NCBI GenBank assembly: GCA_024672315.1
Contig: GCA_024672315.1_4714.1
Length of the DNA: 64,000 bases
From: a phage
Reading direction: 5' to 3' (one strand)
Below, in pieces: positions 46,452-55,767 of this stretch; within the stretch, counting starts at the first letter, position 1; each line of letters begins with the position of its first letter. The position numbers were made by a program, and so were the translations under genes. The notes under the pieces are model-generated. The model ran no database searches and was not told the DNA's origin. It saw only the letters and a list, made by a program, of their open reading frames with translations.

Positions 46452-48062
46452 ATGGACCCAAAACAGATAGCCATTAAGATTATTACGTTACTGTTTCGTA
46501 ATGCACAATTGAACCATCCCGATCCCAGTACGATCGAACATGTTAAATCCGTCTTAGATAAAGTCGAACCCCCGAAAAACCATCTCGCTACAGACGTAGA
46601 TAGAGAGGTTTTCAGCAACCTGATGAACACCATTCATTGGATGCTGGAACAACCGTTATCGGAACCTTTCGATAAACAACAGTTGTTACAAAGGATACGT
46701 TTAGATTGCCTTGAACAAAGCAACCTTTACGAGATTCTTGCCGACGGACTGTACGATATCGAAGACGACGCTCATATCAGTAAGGTCTGTTCGCTCTATT
46801 ACAATGAATTACGTAATCTGATTACCCGTCGTCGTGTTTTCGAAACCTTTAAAAACACGTACATGGATATCAGTAACGGGCGACTTGGGGATAAAGAATT
46901 TTTCGATGCGATGGCGAATTTGAAATTATCGCTAGACAGTATCGAAATGGATACCGAAAATCCCGAAGAGATGTCGTGTATGATTGACGGCTTTATCGCT
47001 GACAGTGAAGACGATATCGAGAAAGTTGAACGTATGTTCGTCAAAGCGATGGAACGTAACAGTCCTGAAGGTGGGTTTGTAACCGGCTGGCAAGGCTTTA
47101 ATAAAATGTTGGGGTCGGTCGGCGTTTTACGTCGCGGTACCTTAGGACTGATTGGTGCAATGCAGCACCGGAACAAGTCAGGTGTGTTGTTAAAACTGTT
47201 CACGCATCTGGCACTGTACAATAAACCCCATTTCTTTTTTCCGGAGCGAGCAAAGAAAGCACTACTGATTCATTTGTCAACCGAAAACGAAGTGGAAGAA
47301 AACACGCTTCAAATATACAAGAACATGCGAGAACAGGAAACAGGCGAATATGTCGATATTCGTAAGATTGACCCTCGCGAGGCATCACGTTATGTGTTGA
47401 AGGTGTTCAATGATGCGGGTTTCTCTGTTTGTATGCGTCGTGTTGATGGGATGAGCTATAAACAACTCGCTAATCTCATCGACCATTTCGAACGCATGGG
47501 TTATGAAGTCATGGCGTTGTTCATTGACTATCTGAAAATGTTCTCATCGGAAGGGTTGGATAGAAATGGGCCGACCGGCGCATGGCTCCAAGAACTCTTT
47601 AACAAAGTACGTAACCTCTGCAGCGTTAAACGTATTTTAGGTATGACCGTACACCAGCTGTCATCCGATGCGAAGATGCGTGCGCGTGATGGCAACGATG
47701 AAGAGTTCGTTGACCAGGTCGCGGGTTTAAGTTACTGGGATGGTTGTAAAGGGATTGACCGTGAGATTGACCTTGAAGTGATTGTTGATATCGTTAAGGA
47801 ACCGGGCAAACGTCAAAGCTGGCAGGTCTTTGCGTTAGGGAAAGACCGTCAACCGGATAACGGTTCAACGAAACCTGAAGACAAACATTTCGCGATGCCA
47901 TTCCAAACCATCGGGATGCTTCCTGATGATTACGGTAAGAAAGCAGTATACTGCCGCAAGGTTGGCGGACAACCTGTCTCCGAGGGAGGTAAAGGTCCGT
48001 GGAACAAGTTCGATGAAAACGCAGCACCGAGTAATGAATTACAATTTGATTTAGAATTTTAA
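46452..48062 (+). CDS. DnaB-like replicative helicase (RecA-fold ATPase)
   Basis: Track start 46368 is GTG; ATG 46452 with AAAGGA RBS; motifs in DnaB order: Walker A-like GAMQHRNKSG, H1a LIHLSTE, Walker B LFIDYL, H4-like TVHQLSSDAKMRAR. Confidence 0.6.
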   Translation: MDPKQIAIKIITLLFRNAQLNHPDPSTIEHVKSVLDKVEPPKNHLATDVDREVFSNLMNTIHWMLEQPLSEPFDKQQLLQRIRLDCLEQSNLYEILADGLYDIEDDAHISKVCSLYYNELRNLITRRRVFETFKNTYMDISNGRLGDKEFFDAMANLKLSLDSIEMDTENPEEMSCMIDGFIADSEDDIEKVERMFVKAMERNSPEGGFVTGWQGFNKMLGSVGVLRRGTLGLIGAMQHRNKSGVLLKLFTHLALYNKPHFFFPERAKKALLIHLSTENEVEENTLQIYKNMREQETGEYVDIRKIDPREASRYVLKVFNDAGFSVCMRRVDGMSYKQLANLIDHFERMGYEVMALFIDYLKMFSSEGLDRNGPTGAWLQELFNKVRNLCSVKRILGMTVHQLSSDAKMRARDGNDEEFVDQVAGLSYWDGCKGIDREIDLEVIVDIVKEPGKRQSWQVFALGKDRQPDNGSTKPEDKHFAMPFQTIGMLPDDYGKKAVYCRKVGGQPVSEGGKGPWNKFDENAAPSNELQFDLEF

Positions 48063-48090
48063 ACGCAAAAAAAAAAAAGATTGTGCGGTT

Positions 48091-48122
48091 CCCTCCTCCA
48101 ACCCGTAAGGGAAGGAGGAGGG
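48091..48122. terminator. CCTCC-family hairpin H7 at convergent junction
   Basis: CCCTCCTCC-AA-CCC-GTAA-GGG-AA-GGAGGAGGG; A12 run 12 nt upstream on plus strand. Confidence 0.6.
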
Positions 48123-48138
48123 GTTATGACCGCTTTGA

Positions 48139-48465
48139 TTAACTTATTGTCATGAATTCATTAGGTGAAAATTTCCAGCCGTTCTCAGTGAGAAGCGTGT
48201 TGAGTTTCGCTGCAACGATAAGCCATGCGTGCATGGCTGTTACGTCGTATTGGCGATTCACTCGACGTTGGTTTTCGATATTGATTTGCTCCTGTTCAGT
48301 GATGTTTGGATAAAGTGCGATAGCGCTGGGTTTACCCAATGCGCTAGTCATCACCGCCGTACATTCACTGATAATGTTGTTTAAGTGGTAGTTATACACC
48401 GTTCCACGCATGACGCGATGACGGCATTCGATAATAGCGTCGTAAATGATTTCTCGAGTAATCAT
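48139..48465 (-). CDS. hypothetical protein
   Basis: 108 aa ORF. Confidence 0.45.
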   Translation of the reverse strand: MITREIIYDAIIECRHRVMRGTVYNYHLNNIISECTAVMTSALGKPSAIALYPNITEQEQINIENQRRVNRQYDVTAMHAWLIVAAKLNTLLTENGWKFSPNEFMTIS

Positions 48466-48471
48466 GATAAT

Positions 48472-48873
48472 TTAAAACATACGGTCGTTTTTAGCACGGG
48501 CATCCATTACCAGATCGTAGATGCCTGCGGTTCGTAAGCACTCTTCGTAGTAACGATGTGTGCCTTCCTCAGCCATCCACGATAGCCCACGACTATCCGC
48601 AACAATAACCAGTTTGTTATTGTTGAACGCACACACCACACGGTAGGTCGCGTTGTTATTCGGATCGCGAGTGATAAGTTCGTAGACGCCGTTAACAGGT
48701 TTACTGAATTCACCATTTAACGGAACGAGTTCGGTAGTACCTTCAGCAAACGTTACGTTGATCGGTGATGGATCTTTAGCGATAACAGTATATTCCACAT
48801 TGTGTTCTTTACTGGTCATAATACCGAAGTAAGAACTGACAGGGGAACGCGGTACACTAAGAATATTAAACAT
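48472..48873 (-). CDS. hypothetical protein
   Basis: 133 aa ORF, 4-nt gap to downstream gene. Confidence 0.45.
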   Translation of the reverse strand: MFNILSVPRSPVSSYFGIMTSKEHNVEYTVIAKDPSPINVTFAEGTTELVPLNGEFSKPVNGVYELITRDPNNNATYRVVCAFNNNKLVIVADSRGLSWMAEEGTHRYYEECLRTAGIYDLVMDARAKNDRMF

Positions 48874-48942
48874 AAATGTTGTCCTCTTAATTGGATTTAG
48901 ATTGTTGAGTATGTGATTGGAAATGAAAACGTTGTTTCGGTT

Positions 48943-49512
48943 TTAGACGATGAGTGACCAGGTGGTAAGCACCCCGCTTGCGAATTCGAGCTTAAGACGT
49001 TTACCGATAAGTTGTTGCTGAATCATCTTCTCGGTGATACGTCGATCATGCTGAACCGCTTTATCAAACGCTTCTTTCGCTTCAGCTTGGTAGAAGTTCG
49101 TTTCTTCGTTTTCGTCGATCTCTTCGAGAGCATCGTCGTCGATGTCAGCAAGTTTCACTCGACCGTTTTCATCAGGTTGTTCTGCAGGTTCATTGTCATA
49201 CGGCGTGTCTTTTGTTGGTGCGACACGATGTTGCAACTCGACCTGTGTTAACATGATCTCCATCTCACCATCGATAGGAATGATTTCATCGGCGCTGCCG
49301 TTTTCGGTCAGCTCCCGACTTTCCAGTAATGTCGTCGTAACAGAGAACACCTCTTCAACAGGAACCTCATCATCGTCGATGGTGTTAACCGTGTTGCTGG
49401 TAACTTCAGCAACGACCATCAAATCAAATGCGTGAGGATCGCCTGGCATTTTGATTCCTGGAAGTTTGTTGAGGTACCAAGGATCAAGAATCATGATTTC
49501 TGGATTAAACAT
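48943..49512 (-). CDS. hypothetical acidic protein
   Basis: 189 aa; ~205 nt leader downstream of promoter motif 49717-49740. Confidence 0.5.
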   Translation of the reverse strand: MFNPEIMILDPWYLNKLPGIKMPGDPHAFDLMVVAEVTSNTVNTIDDDEVPVEEVFSVTTTLLESRELTENGSADEIIPIDGEMEIMLTQVELQHRVAPTKDTPYDNEPAEQPDENGRVKLADIDDDALEEIDENEETNFYQAEAKEAFDKAVQHDRRITEKMIQQQLIGKRLKLEFASGVLTTWSLIV

Positions 49513-49716
49513 CGTATTTTTACCTTTCTATGTTAGGTGGATTGCGGATAGAAGAATCAATGCATAGATTGATCGTTCTATGTTAGAAATTATTGCTGAA
49601 CTGGTTATGGTTATAACGCGTGTTTTCGTATGCTGACGGGTCGCGTATTAATAAGGCCATGACTGTATCCTCGATTATTAAGAGAAATTTACAACGGTAA
49701 CAGTAACCGCTCTTAT

Positions 49717-49740
49717 CACCTAGGTAATGTAGTCGTGAAA
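49717..49740 (-). promoter_or_regulatory. conserved motif, candidate promoter for gene 48943-49512
   Basis: CACCTAGGTAATGTAGTCGTGAAA, ~205 nt upstream of ATG. Confidence 0.45.
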
Positions 49741-49775
49741 TAAACTGGAGTAACGAGAAATAAGACAGCATAGAA

Positions 49776-49808
49776 CCCTCTCCCTTCCCTGATGGGTTGG
49801 GAGAGGGA
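49776..49808 (-). terminator. CCTCC-family hairpin H8 (inverted orientation) after gene 49814-50446
   Basis: CCCTCTCCC-TT-CCC-TGAT-GGG-TT-GGGAGAGGG; promoter motif 36 nt downstream on minus strand. Confidence 0.6.
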
Positions 49809-49813
49809 ATATA

Positions 49814-50446
49814 TCACCAATGATCGAAGGAACCGGGAGCGTTACGAACGATCTCAACTTGGAAGGTTATTGGTACTGATGGCAATGAAACATATTCGCG
49901 TTGCGATAGCAGGACGTTGTCTTCTCGCTCATCGATGCGAGCAGAACCCGTCAGAAATTGGAACATAGCGACTTGAAGCTCATCGGTGAAACGGAGGTAC
50001 TCACCGATGTGTGGTGTTGCATCATATCGAATAAGTACGTTACCAAACCGTCGTGCGATATTTGGAGTATCTGTGAACGAAACAGGGAAATCCAAAGTCA
50101 TTCCCATCGTTTCACCTGGCTTCATTTTCCGAATCGACGCAATTGGCACGTCGAAGATATTCCATTCTTCTTTCATCGTGTCTGGAAACACACCGCGATA
50201 CAAGATGGTTTTTTGATGACGATGAACGGGTTGTAAACGGTCAACCAATATTTTCAAAGGTTTAAGTTCTTCAGCCAATTCATAATCTGCTTGGATGTTC
50301 CACTTTGCCGCAAGTTCCATTAGGTTGGGATACGCGCTATATTTATTGACGATAGCCCAGTTAACATTACGCAAATCGATAGGAAGGAATTTGATAATTT
50401 CCTTGTTGAATATCCATTGGTTTAATTTCTTAATCTCCGAAAGCAT
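49814..50446 (-). CDS. hypothetical protein, weak ADP-ribosyltransferase-like motif arrangement
   Basis: Start moved to ATG 50446 to remove 113-nt overlap; LYRG, VSFTDT and DEREDN spaced roughly like R-S-E ART motifs (speculative). Confidence 0.4.
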   Translation of the reverse strand: MLSEIKKLNQWIFNKEIIKFLPIDLRNVNWAIVNKYSAYPNLMELAAKWNIQADYELAEELKPLKILVDRLQPVHRHQKTILYRGVFPDTMKEEWNIFDVPIASIRKMKPGETMGMTLDFPVSFTDTPNIARRFGNVLIRYDATPHIGEYLRFTDELQVAMFQFLTGSARIDEREDNVLLSQREYVSLPSVPITFQVEIVRNAPGSFDHW

Positions 50447-50462
50447 GATGTACTCACTACAG

Positions 50463-51830
50463 CTAAACGGTTGGGCGAATGGTGTTGTCTTTTTCTGGTG
50501 CAAGCCATAACGTGACCGTACCATGGCATGTCCACTGTGGTTCACGTACAGAAGAACCTGCCATCGTAACAGCACAATCGGTACGCATGATAACCCCGTA
50601 TGCTTCGCAGAGATTGTTATCCTGCATCCACACGACTTTAGCAGGCATGCCGGGATACAACAAATCCATGTTTGCGTATTCCCACACCAACTGCATTGTT
50701 CTACCGCGTAATCCAGCAGTATTACTTAATTCACGCCATCGGTTATCGGTTACGCGTCCCATCCCTTTCGCCACCTTCACGTTATCGCTACGTTCTTCAG
50801 TTACGTACTCGCTAACGTTTACAGTACGGCTGATTATCGTATCGCCCCCTTTTGATAATGTCATTCCCTGACTCATCTGACTTGCCGAAACAAAACGCCC
50901 ACCCGCATTACCTAACAACGAAGCCGCGTTATTGATGTCGCTTACCGACGCCCCTCTCGTACATGCAATTTCCACGTATTTGTCACGGTTGATCCAAGTC
51001 TTGTCCATGCCCGGAAACATATCGGCAGGATAGTTGTAAAAGATAGCCGTGCGCCGACCGTCAGAGAAACGGGTTTCGTCGTAGAGAGGATAAATATACA
51101 GATACGGAGATTGATAATAACAACCGACGTCCGCCGAATAAATACCGACCTGGTTCTGGATTTTGTCTACGAGATCCATTGCGTTGGTGCCGTGCGGAAG
51201 AATAAGCAACTTGAACAGGTTGTCGTTATTCGGTGCAACAATGTCTACACCCTGCATTTTGAATCCGGTGTCGGCTTCAACCGCAGAAAGTATCTTGCTG
51301 AATTCGAGTCGTAACACATCCAGCACTTTCGACCCGGTATAGTTTTCACCGGTTTCTGATTGCATGAAGCTTTCAAGAACAGGATCGAACAGTTGAAATT
51401 GAAGATCGACCATTTGTTCGTAGTCTTTCTTCGAAGAATCGGTTGCGGTACGTTCGTCGTTAGCAGACATACGACTGTCCACGGTTGTTAAACAAACCGC
51501 CCGATAGACGTAAGCTTGCGCAGCATCGTCTACGGTTTGGCGTTGTCCGCGCATCAGGCTGTACGCCTGCACGATGATGCGCATTTTAAGTTGTTGTTGG
51601 TACGGTAAGATGTATTTTCCGTAACTGCCTGGCGGGAACTTTACAGAGATATAAAGTTCATCTCCTGCATTACGTTCATAGTCTCGATACGTGTGGACTT
51701 GAGTCACTAAAGGAACAGACACCGTCATTGACGGCGTGATTAATTCCGCGGTGACTTTATACGCAACAGCAACTGCTTCCTGCGCAAATGTACCGATGTA
51801 CCGTCCTAACGGCGTCTGTTTGTAATCCAT
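50463..51830 (-). CDS. hypothetical virion-type protein
   Basis: 455 aa; tightly packed operon. Confidence 0.55.
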   Translation of the reverse strand: MDYKQTPLGRYIGTFAQEAVAVAYKVTAELITPSMTVSVPLVTQVHTYRDYERNAGDELYISVKFPPGSYGKYILPYQQQLKMRIIVQAYSLMRGQRQTVDDAAQAYVYRAVCLTTVDSRMSANDERTATDSSKKDYEQMVDLQFQLFDPVLESFMQSETGENYTGSKVLDVLRLEFSKILSAVEADTGFKMQGVDIVAPNNDNLFKLLILPHGTNAMDLVDKIQNQVGIYSADVGCYYQSPYLYIYPLYDETRFSDGRRTAIFYNYPADMFPGMDKTWINRDKYVEIACTRGASVSDINNAASLLGNAGGRFVSASQMSQGMTLSKGGDTIISRTVNVSEYVTEERSDNVKVAKGMGRVTDNRWRELSNTAGLRGRTMQLVWEYANMDLLYPGMPAKVVWMQDNNLCEAYGVIMRTDCAVTMAGSSVREPQWTCHGTVTLWLAPEKDNTIRPTV

Positions 51831-51832
51831 GT

Positions 51833-52438
51833 TTAACGACCCCGTTGCTGTTGTTGAATGATGAATTCTTCGATCTTCGTACCACGGAATTCGCTGTGAC
51901 GAACCGCTTGCAGTTGCTCTTCAACGGTCGGGCCTGCATTGAGACCACCACGACGTGCGCGGTTGATGCCGATTTTACGACGCTGACCGATTTCACGTAA
52001 ACGTGAAGATAATCCGCTCATTTCGGTTGGGTCTTTAATGCGACCGCGTGCAACGTTCCACAGACCACCCATGAACTCTTCGAGGATACGGCTGGCTTCG
52101 AGAGACGGTACGCGCGCGTTAGGATCGTTTTCGAGATTGTATTTAACGTATTCCGTGTGTTCCAGAAGAAGCATGAACATCTTCATGGCGTTCACGTCAG
52201 GATTTGCAATACGCATAGGGACACCACGAGAATGTTTTTCAGCAGCCTGCGGTACCGTGAGCTGTGCGGGCACCTCTTCGTTCATGGCCATATCGTCGAT
52301 TTCTGCAACCCCTGAAGAGTAGACACCGCTGACCTCATTGGTGTAGTTATCCACCATGAATTTACGGGGAATCCAGAATTCGAATTTACGTTCAAATAGA
52401 CGTTTGGTTGGGGTATCTTTAACGTGTTGTAGACTCAT
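51833..52438 (-). CDS. hypothetical protein
   Basis: 201 aa; ATGA start/stop overlap with upstream gene. Confidence 0.5.
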   Translation of the reverse strand: MSLQHVKDTPTKRLFERKFEFWIPRKFMVDNYTNEVSGVYSSGVAEIDDMAMNEEVPAQLTVPQAAEKHSRGVPMRIANPDVNAMKMFMLLLEHTEYVKYNLENDPNARVPSLEASRILEEFMGGLWNVARGRIKDPTEMSGLSSRLREIGQRRKIGINRARRGGLNAGPTVEEQLQAVRHSEFRGTKIEEFIIQQQQRGR

Positions 52439-53751
52439 GGTTCAATAGCTCCTGCTCGTAACAGCATGATAACGAACGGTGTGAAATAATAACGATCTAG
52501 CGGAGAAAGCAACGGTATTGCGTCAACCATCTGTTTCAGTGCTGGATGGCTGATCGCTTTCTCATCGACCATATCACGTACCATACTCTCAATAATCGTC
52601 ATTGGGGCTTGATTGCGGTAGAAAGCCTCTGTGAAAACATAGTACGGATCGTCCGCTACTGATGGAAACAGCGGAACGCCGTCATACTCCATCGATGTAA
52701 GGTTGGTCACCAACGGGTTTGTCGGTGGTGTGTTTTCAGGCACAGCCAACTCTTTACCGACGTCTTCACCGAGCGACATGGTCGCAGGCCACATACAGAA
52801 CCGCGCCCCGCTAAAACGAATCCCGCCTGCAGCCGGGTATTGATAGAAACGCTTCGTTGATAACAGTGTGAATTTTACTGTCAACCGTGCTTCGTCTTCC
52901 CGACGTCCGTCCATGACCCATTCAAAGACAGAAATCGCATTCGCTTCCTGGTTGTCGTCTACGTTAAGGCGTCCGAAGTTCCATGATGGCTTTCCTTCAA
53001 GCGATGACCATAATTTCGTAAACGCGTTAACACACCAGGGATCGTAGGTTGCCGCATCCTGACCAGGAACAAGTAGTGTGTTTAATTCACGGCTGTAAAA
53101 TTCGTGGTAATACGCGTGACAAAGTCCCAGTGCACGACGGAGATAATCATACTTACGATTGTATTTCTCCGTTGCCATCACGGGATGTTTTCCGTGCTTT
53201 AACTGGTCTTGGTCGTATAGCGTATCTTCAACGATTTTCGCTTCCAGTTCGATAAGCTGTTTTTCGTCAAGAATACGTTGGAAGGAAATATCGCATTCGT
53301 AAGCCGGTGCTAAGCTGATGTTCTTCGGCGTGATTCGGGTGATTGTGTACACCGCGATACGATGATCGAGACCGGAGATTAACAGCATGTTACCTAAAAG
53401 AGGAACCGATACCGCCGGAAGTATACATGTACCCTCGGATTGAAAACGTGCGGTACCGTTGTCGTACGACGGTGTCAATGACGACATTAACTTGATAGGG
53501 TAATGTCTGATGCGACGGTACTGCTGTTCAGCGATGTCGCGGTTAGCCTGAAAACTGCTTTGTTCATCGTCGCGACCGAGAATCTGTTCGTAATAATCGC
53601 ATTCTACGGAATAACCGGATGCGTAATTCACTAACCCGATTTGACTATTGTATTGCTCATCCACCACCGCAGAACGATAAACATCGTCGCGAGCCTTCGC
53701 GGGTTGTTGGGGGTTGATGATGGGTTTCGCGGGCTTCTTAGCGAGCGCCAT
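52435..53751 (-). CDS. hypothetical virion-type protein
   Basis: 438 aa; overlaps neighbours by 4 and 14 nt. Confidence 0.55.
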   Translation of the reverse strand: MALAKKPAKPIINPQQPAKARDDVYRSAVVDEQYNSQIGLVNYASGYSVECDYYEQILGRDDEQSSFQANRDIAEQQYRRIRHYPIKLMSSLTPSYDNGTARFQSEGTCILPAVSVPLLGNMLLISGLDHRIAVYTITRITPKNISLAPAYECDISFQRILDEKQLIELEAKIVEDTLYDQDQLKHGKHPVMATEKYNRKYDYLRRALGLCHAYYHEFYSRELNTLLVPGQDAATYDPWCVNAFTKLWSSLEGKPSWNFGRLNVDDNQEANAISVFEWVMDGRREDEARLTVKFTLLSTKRFYQYPAAGGIRFSGARFCMWPATMSLGEDVGKELAVPENTPPTNPLVTNLTSMEYDGVPLFPSVADDPYYVFTEAFYRNQAPMTIIESMVRDMVDEKAISHPALKQMVDAIPLLSPLDRYYFTPFVIMLLRAGAIEP

Positions 53752-55303
53752 AGCGTTTCACTCCTACGATGGTACCGACAAGAATTCTCGGTACGAATAA
53801 ACTACGATGTTTGAACCATGATGCGGTTGTTGGGATACGTTTGATGGCTTCGATAAGCCCGATTAGCGTATAGCACCCCCGACTGTTCTTCTTAGGCCAG
53901 TACTTTTTATCTAAACCTAATACCGCAAACAGTTCATCCACCAGATTGGGATAACAACACAACGCTTCAAGTGTTTCAACCTGTAACTGACTTAAATCTA
54001 ACAGTATCGCTAGACGAACATGGTAATCACTCCGTAAGTCTAACGGATCTTTCGCTTCAAGATCGCCAACGTCGGTTAATGCCCACGCGTCTCTTGCGTA
54101 GCGGTATTTGCCCTTCCAAACCTCAAGGAAAAAAGGAGACTGGTAATGGCATTTTGACCATTCCGGGTACTCACGGAACCACCGAACAAGATCGGGATGG
54201 AATTCACCTTCTTCGGCTAACGAGTCCAACGTCACCAACAGGTTAGGTTGTTCGGGATCGATAGCAAGCAGCGCGGTGAAAAGCGTGCTTGATGGAAGCT
54301 CGGTTTCCACGCTCGATGGAGGCAGCCATTCATCCAAATCGGGATACCGATACGCTTGAAGCGATGCACCTTGTTCCGGCAAGAACGAATCACGAAGAAT
54401 GTCCTGATACTGCACCACCATACCACCACGACGCGCACGGGATTTATCGCGCACCGAGAGGCTTGGTTTGTAAAGGTACTCTTCGGGGAGTATCTGTTGA
54501 TGTACTTGAACAGGATACCGTGCTACGATGTGTGTTGGTGTGTCGTACGTGTAACGGTAAGAGAAGGTTGCGTTGTACGAAGAACTGTTCTCGTTCTTCT
54601 CTGGCTTCGGAGCGTCGGTGAAATCAAATTGACCAGAGATCTCTTCTTGCATTTCCCTGATAACCAATTTAACGCTCTTACCGTCACCAGCAACTGTCGT
54701 CATGGTGGTTGCACGGTTGTCGAACCCGTCTCTAAGGTATTCGCTGAACTTATCCCCGTAACCTGCTATTGCTTCTCGGTGTGTGTGAATAACTTTTAAC
54801 AACATGAGAAACTGTGTTGGGATCGCATAGCTGTATTCAGCGCTAAGAAAGGCAGCGACATGCTGACTTGTCAGCAAACGTTTCATGTCATACCACCAAC
54901 GTTCGGCAGTGACCTGATCTTCGAACCGTTTGGTGATCTGCATGGTCGCAACCATCGTACTGTAAACAGGTACTAACGATACGCCAAGGTTACGGTCTTC
55001 GAATACTGGAAGACTGTTTCGTTTGTAAACGGTATCGTACATAGAGGCCTGTTCTTCAGGGACAATGTTAAGCTCAATTTGGATAAACCCGTCAGCAGGC
55101 CCTTTTACATCCTGATCAACAACTTGCGGTGGTTGCTCGTTCACAGCGCTCATTTTAGCGTGAAGCGCTTCCCCTCGAAAAAGAATGTTCTCCCGATTAT
55201 AATCCCACCCGCAAAGCTCGCTGATCTGCCGTAACACCGCGATTGCAACCGGACGTGTTACCGTCGCGTATACGTCATTGATTTTTCGATCAAGTTTAGG
55301 CAT
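53738..55303 (-). CDS. hypothetical virion-type protein
   Basis: Start placed at ATG 55303 with GAGGAC RBS; ATG 55336 also possible. Confidence 0.5.
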   Translation of the reverse strand: MPKLDRKINDVYATVTRPVAIAVLRQISELCGWDYNRENILFRGEALHAKMSAVNEQPPQVVDQDVKGPADGFIQIELNIVPEEQASMYDTVYKRNSLPVFEDRNLGVSLVPVYSTMVATMQITKRFEDQVTAERWWYDMKRLLTSQHVAAFLSAEYSYAIPTQFLMLLKVIHTHREAIAGYGDKFSEYLRDGFDNRATTMTTVAGDGKSVKLVIREMQEEISGQFDFTDAPKPEKNENSSSYNATFSYRYTYDTPTHIVARYPVQVHQQILPEEYLYKPSLSVRDKSRARRGGMVVQYQDILRDSFLPEQGASLQAYRYPDLDEWLPPSSVETELPSSTLFTALLAIDPEQPNLLVTLDSLAEEGEFHPDLVRWFREYPEWSKCHYQSPFFLEVWKGKYRYARDAWALTDVGDLEAKDPLDLRSDYHVRLAILLDLSQLQVETLEALCCYPNLVDELFAVLGLDKKYWPKKNSRGCYTLIGLIEAIKRIPTTASWFKHRSLFVPRILVGTIVGVKRYGAR

Positions 55304-55679
55304 CGATGTCGTCCTCGTTAATTTCCTCACCTCCATGTTGTCGATATCCGGTATAATGAATCAGACTGCTCTGTAGAAGCTCTTTAACGAGCCCTAGACG
55401 CGTTTTATCTGTTTCATTGGACGTTTCCATTAATGTTTCTATTTCGTTGTTTAAAACAGCGTATAGCGCTTCTAACGGCAATCCTTGGATGATTGGTTTG
55501 ATGGTACCTTCCGGTAGTGCCGCAACAGGAATCTGCACGACGGTTTCATGTGCGGTATGTGGGTTAATACGGCAAATATACATACCGGGTACTGAATGTC
55601 GCGGGCACGCCGCTACCAAGCATGTCTGTTGCTGCGCACCGTTAAGTGCGAGTGAAAGAAATTTTGCTTCACGTGTCAT
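55296..55679 (-). CDS. hypothetical protein
   Basis: 127 aa; preceded by hairpin 55731-55753. Confidence 0.45.
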   Translation of the reverse strand: MTREAKFLSLALNGAQQQTCLVAACPRHSVPGMYICRINPHTAHETVVQIPVAALPEGTIKPIIQGLPLEALYAVLNNEIETLMETSNETDKTRLGLVKELLQSSLIHYTGYRQHGGEEINEDDIDA

Positions 55680-55730
55680 CGCAGATTCCTGTTTGAAAGA
55701 TAAGATATCACATGATGGTCGACAGCATAA

Positions 55731-55753
55731 AGCCCACCCCGAAGGGCGGGCTG
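55731..55753 (-). terminator. hairpin after 1128-aa gene
   Basis: AGCCCACCC-CGAA-GGGCGGGCT imperfect stem. Confidence 0.4.
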
Positions 55754-55767
55754 TTTATGCGTACGGA

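Noticed and set aside
27759-48155. Mini-ORFs starting right after CCTCC-family hairpins (27759, 36864, 48126, 61715)
   Set aside because: The purine arm of the hairpin mimics a Shine-Dalgarno sequence by composition; the ORFs are 6-39 codons, unconserved, and mostly antisense to real genes.
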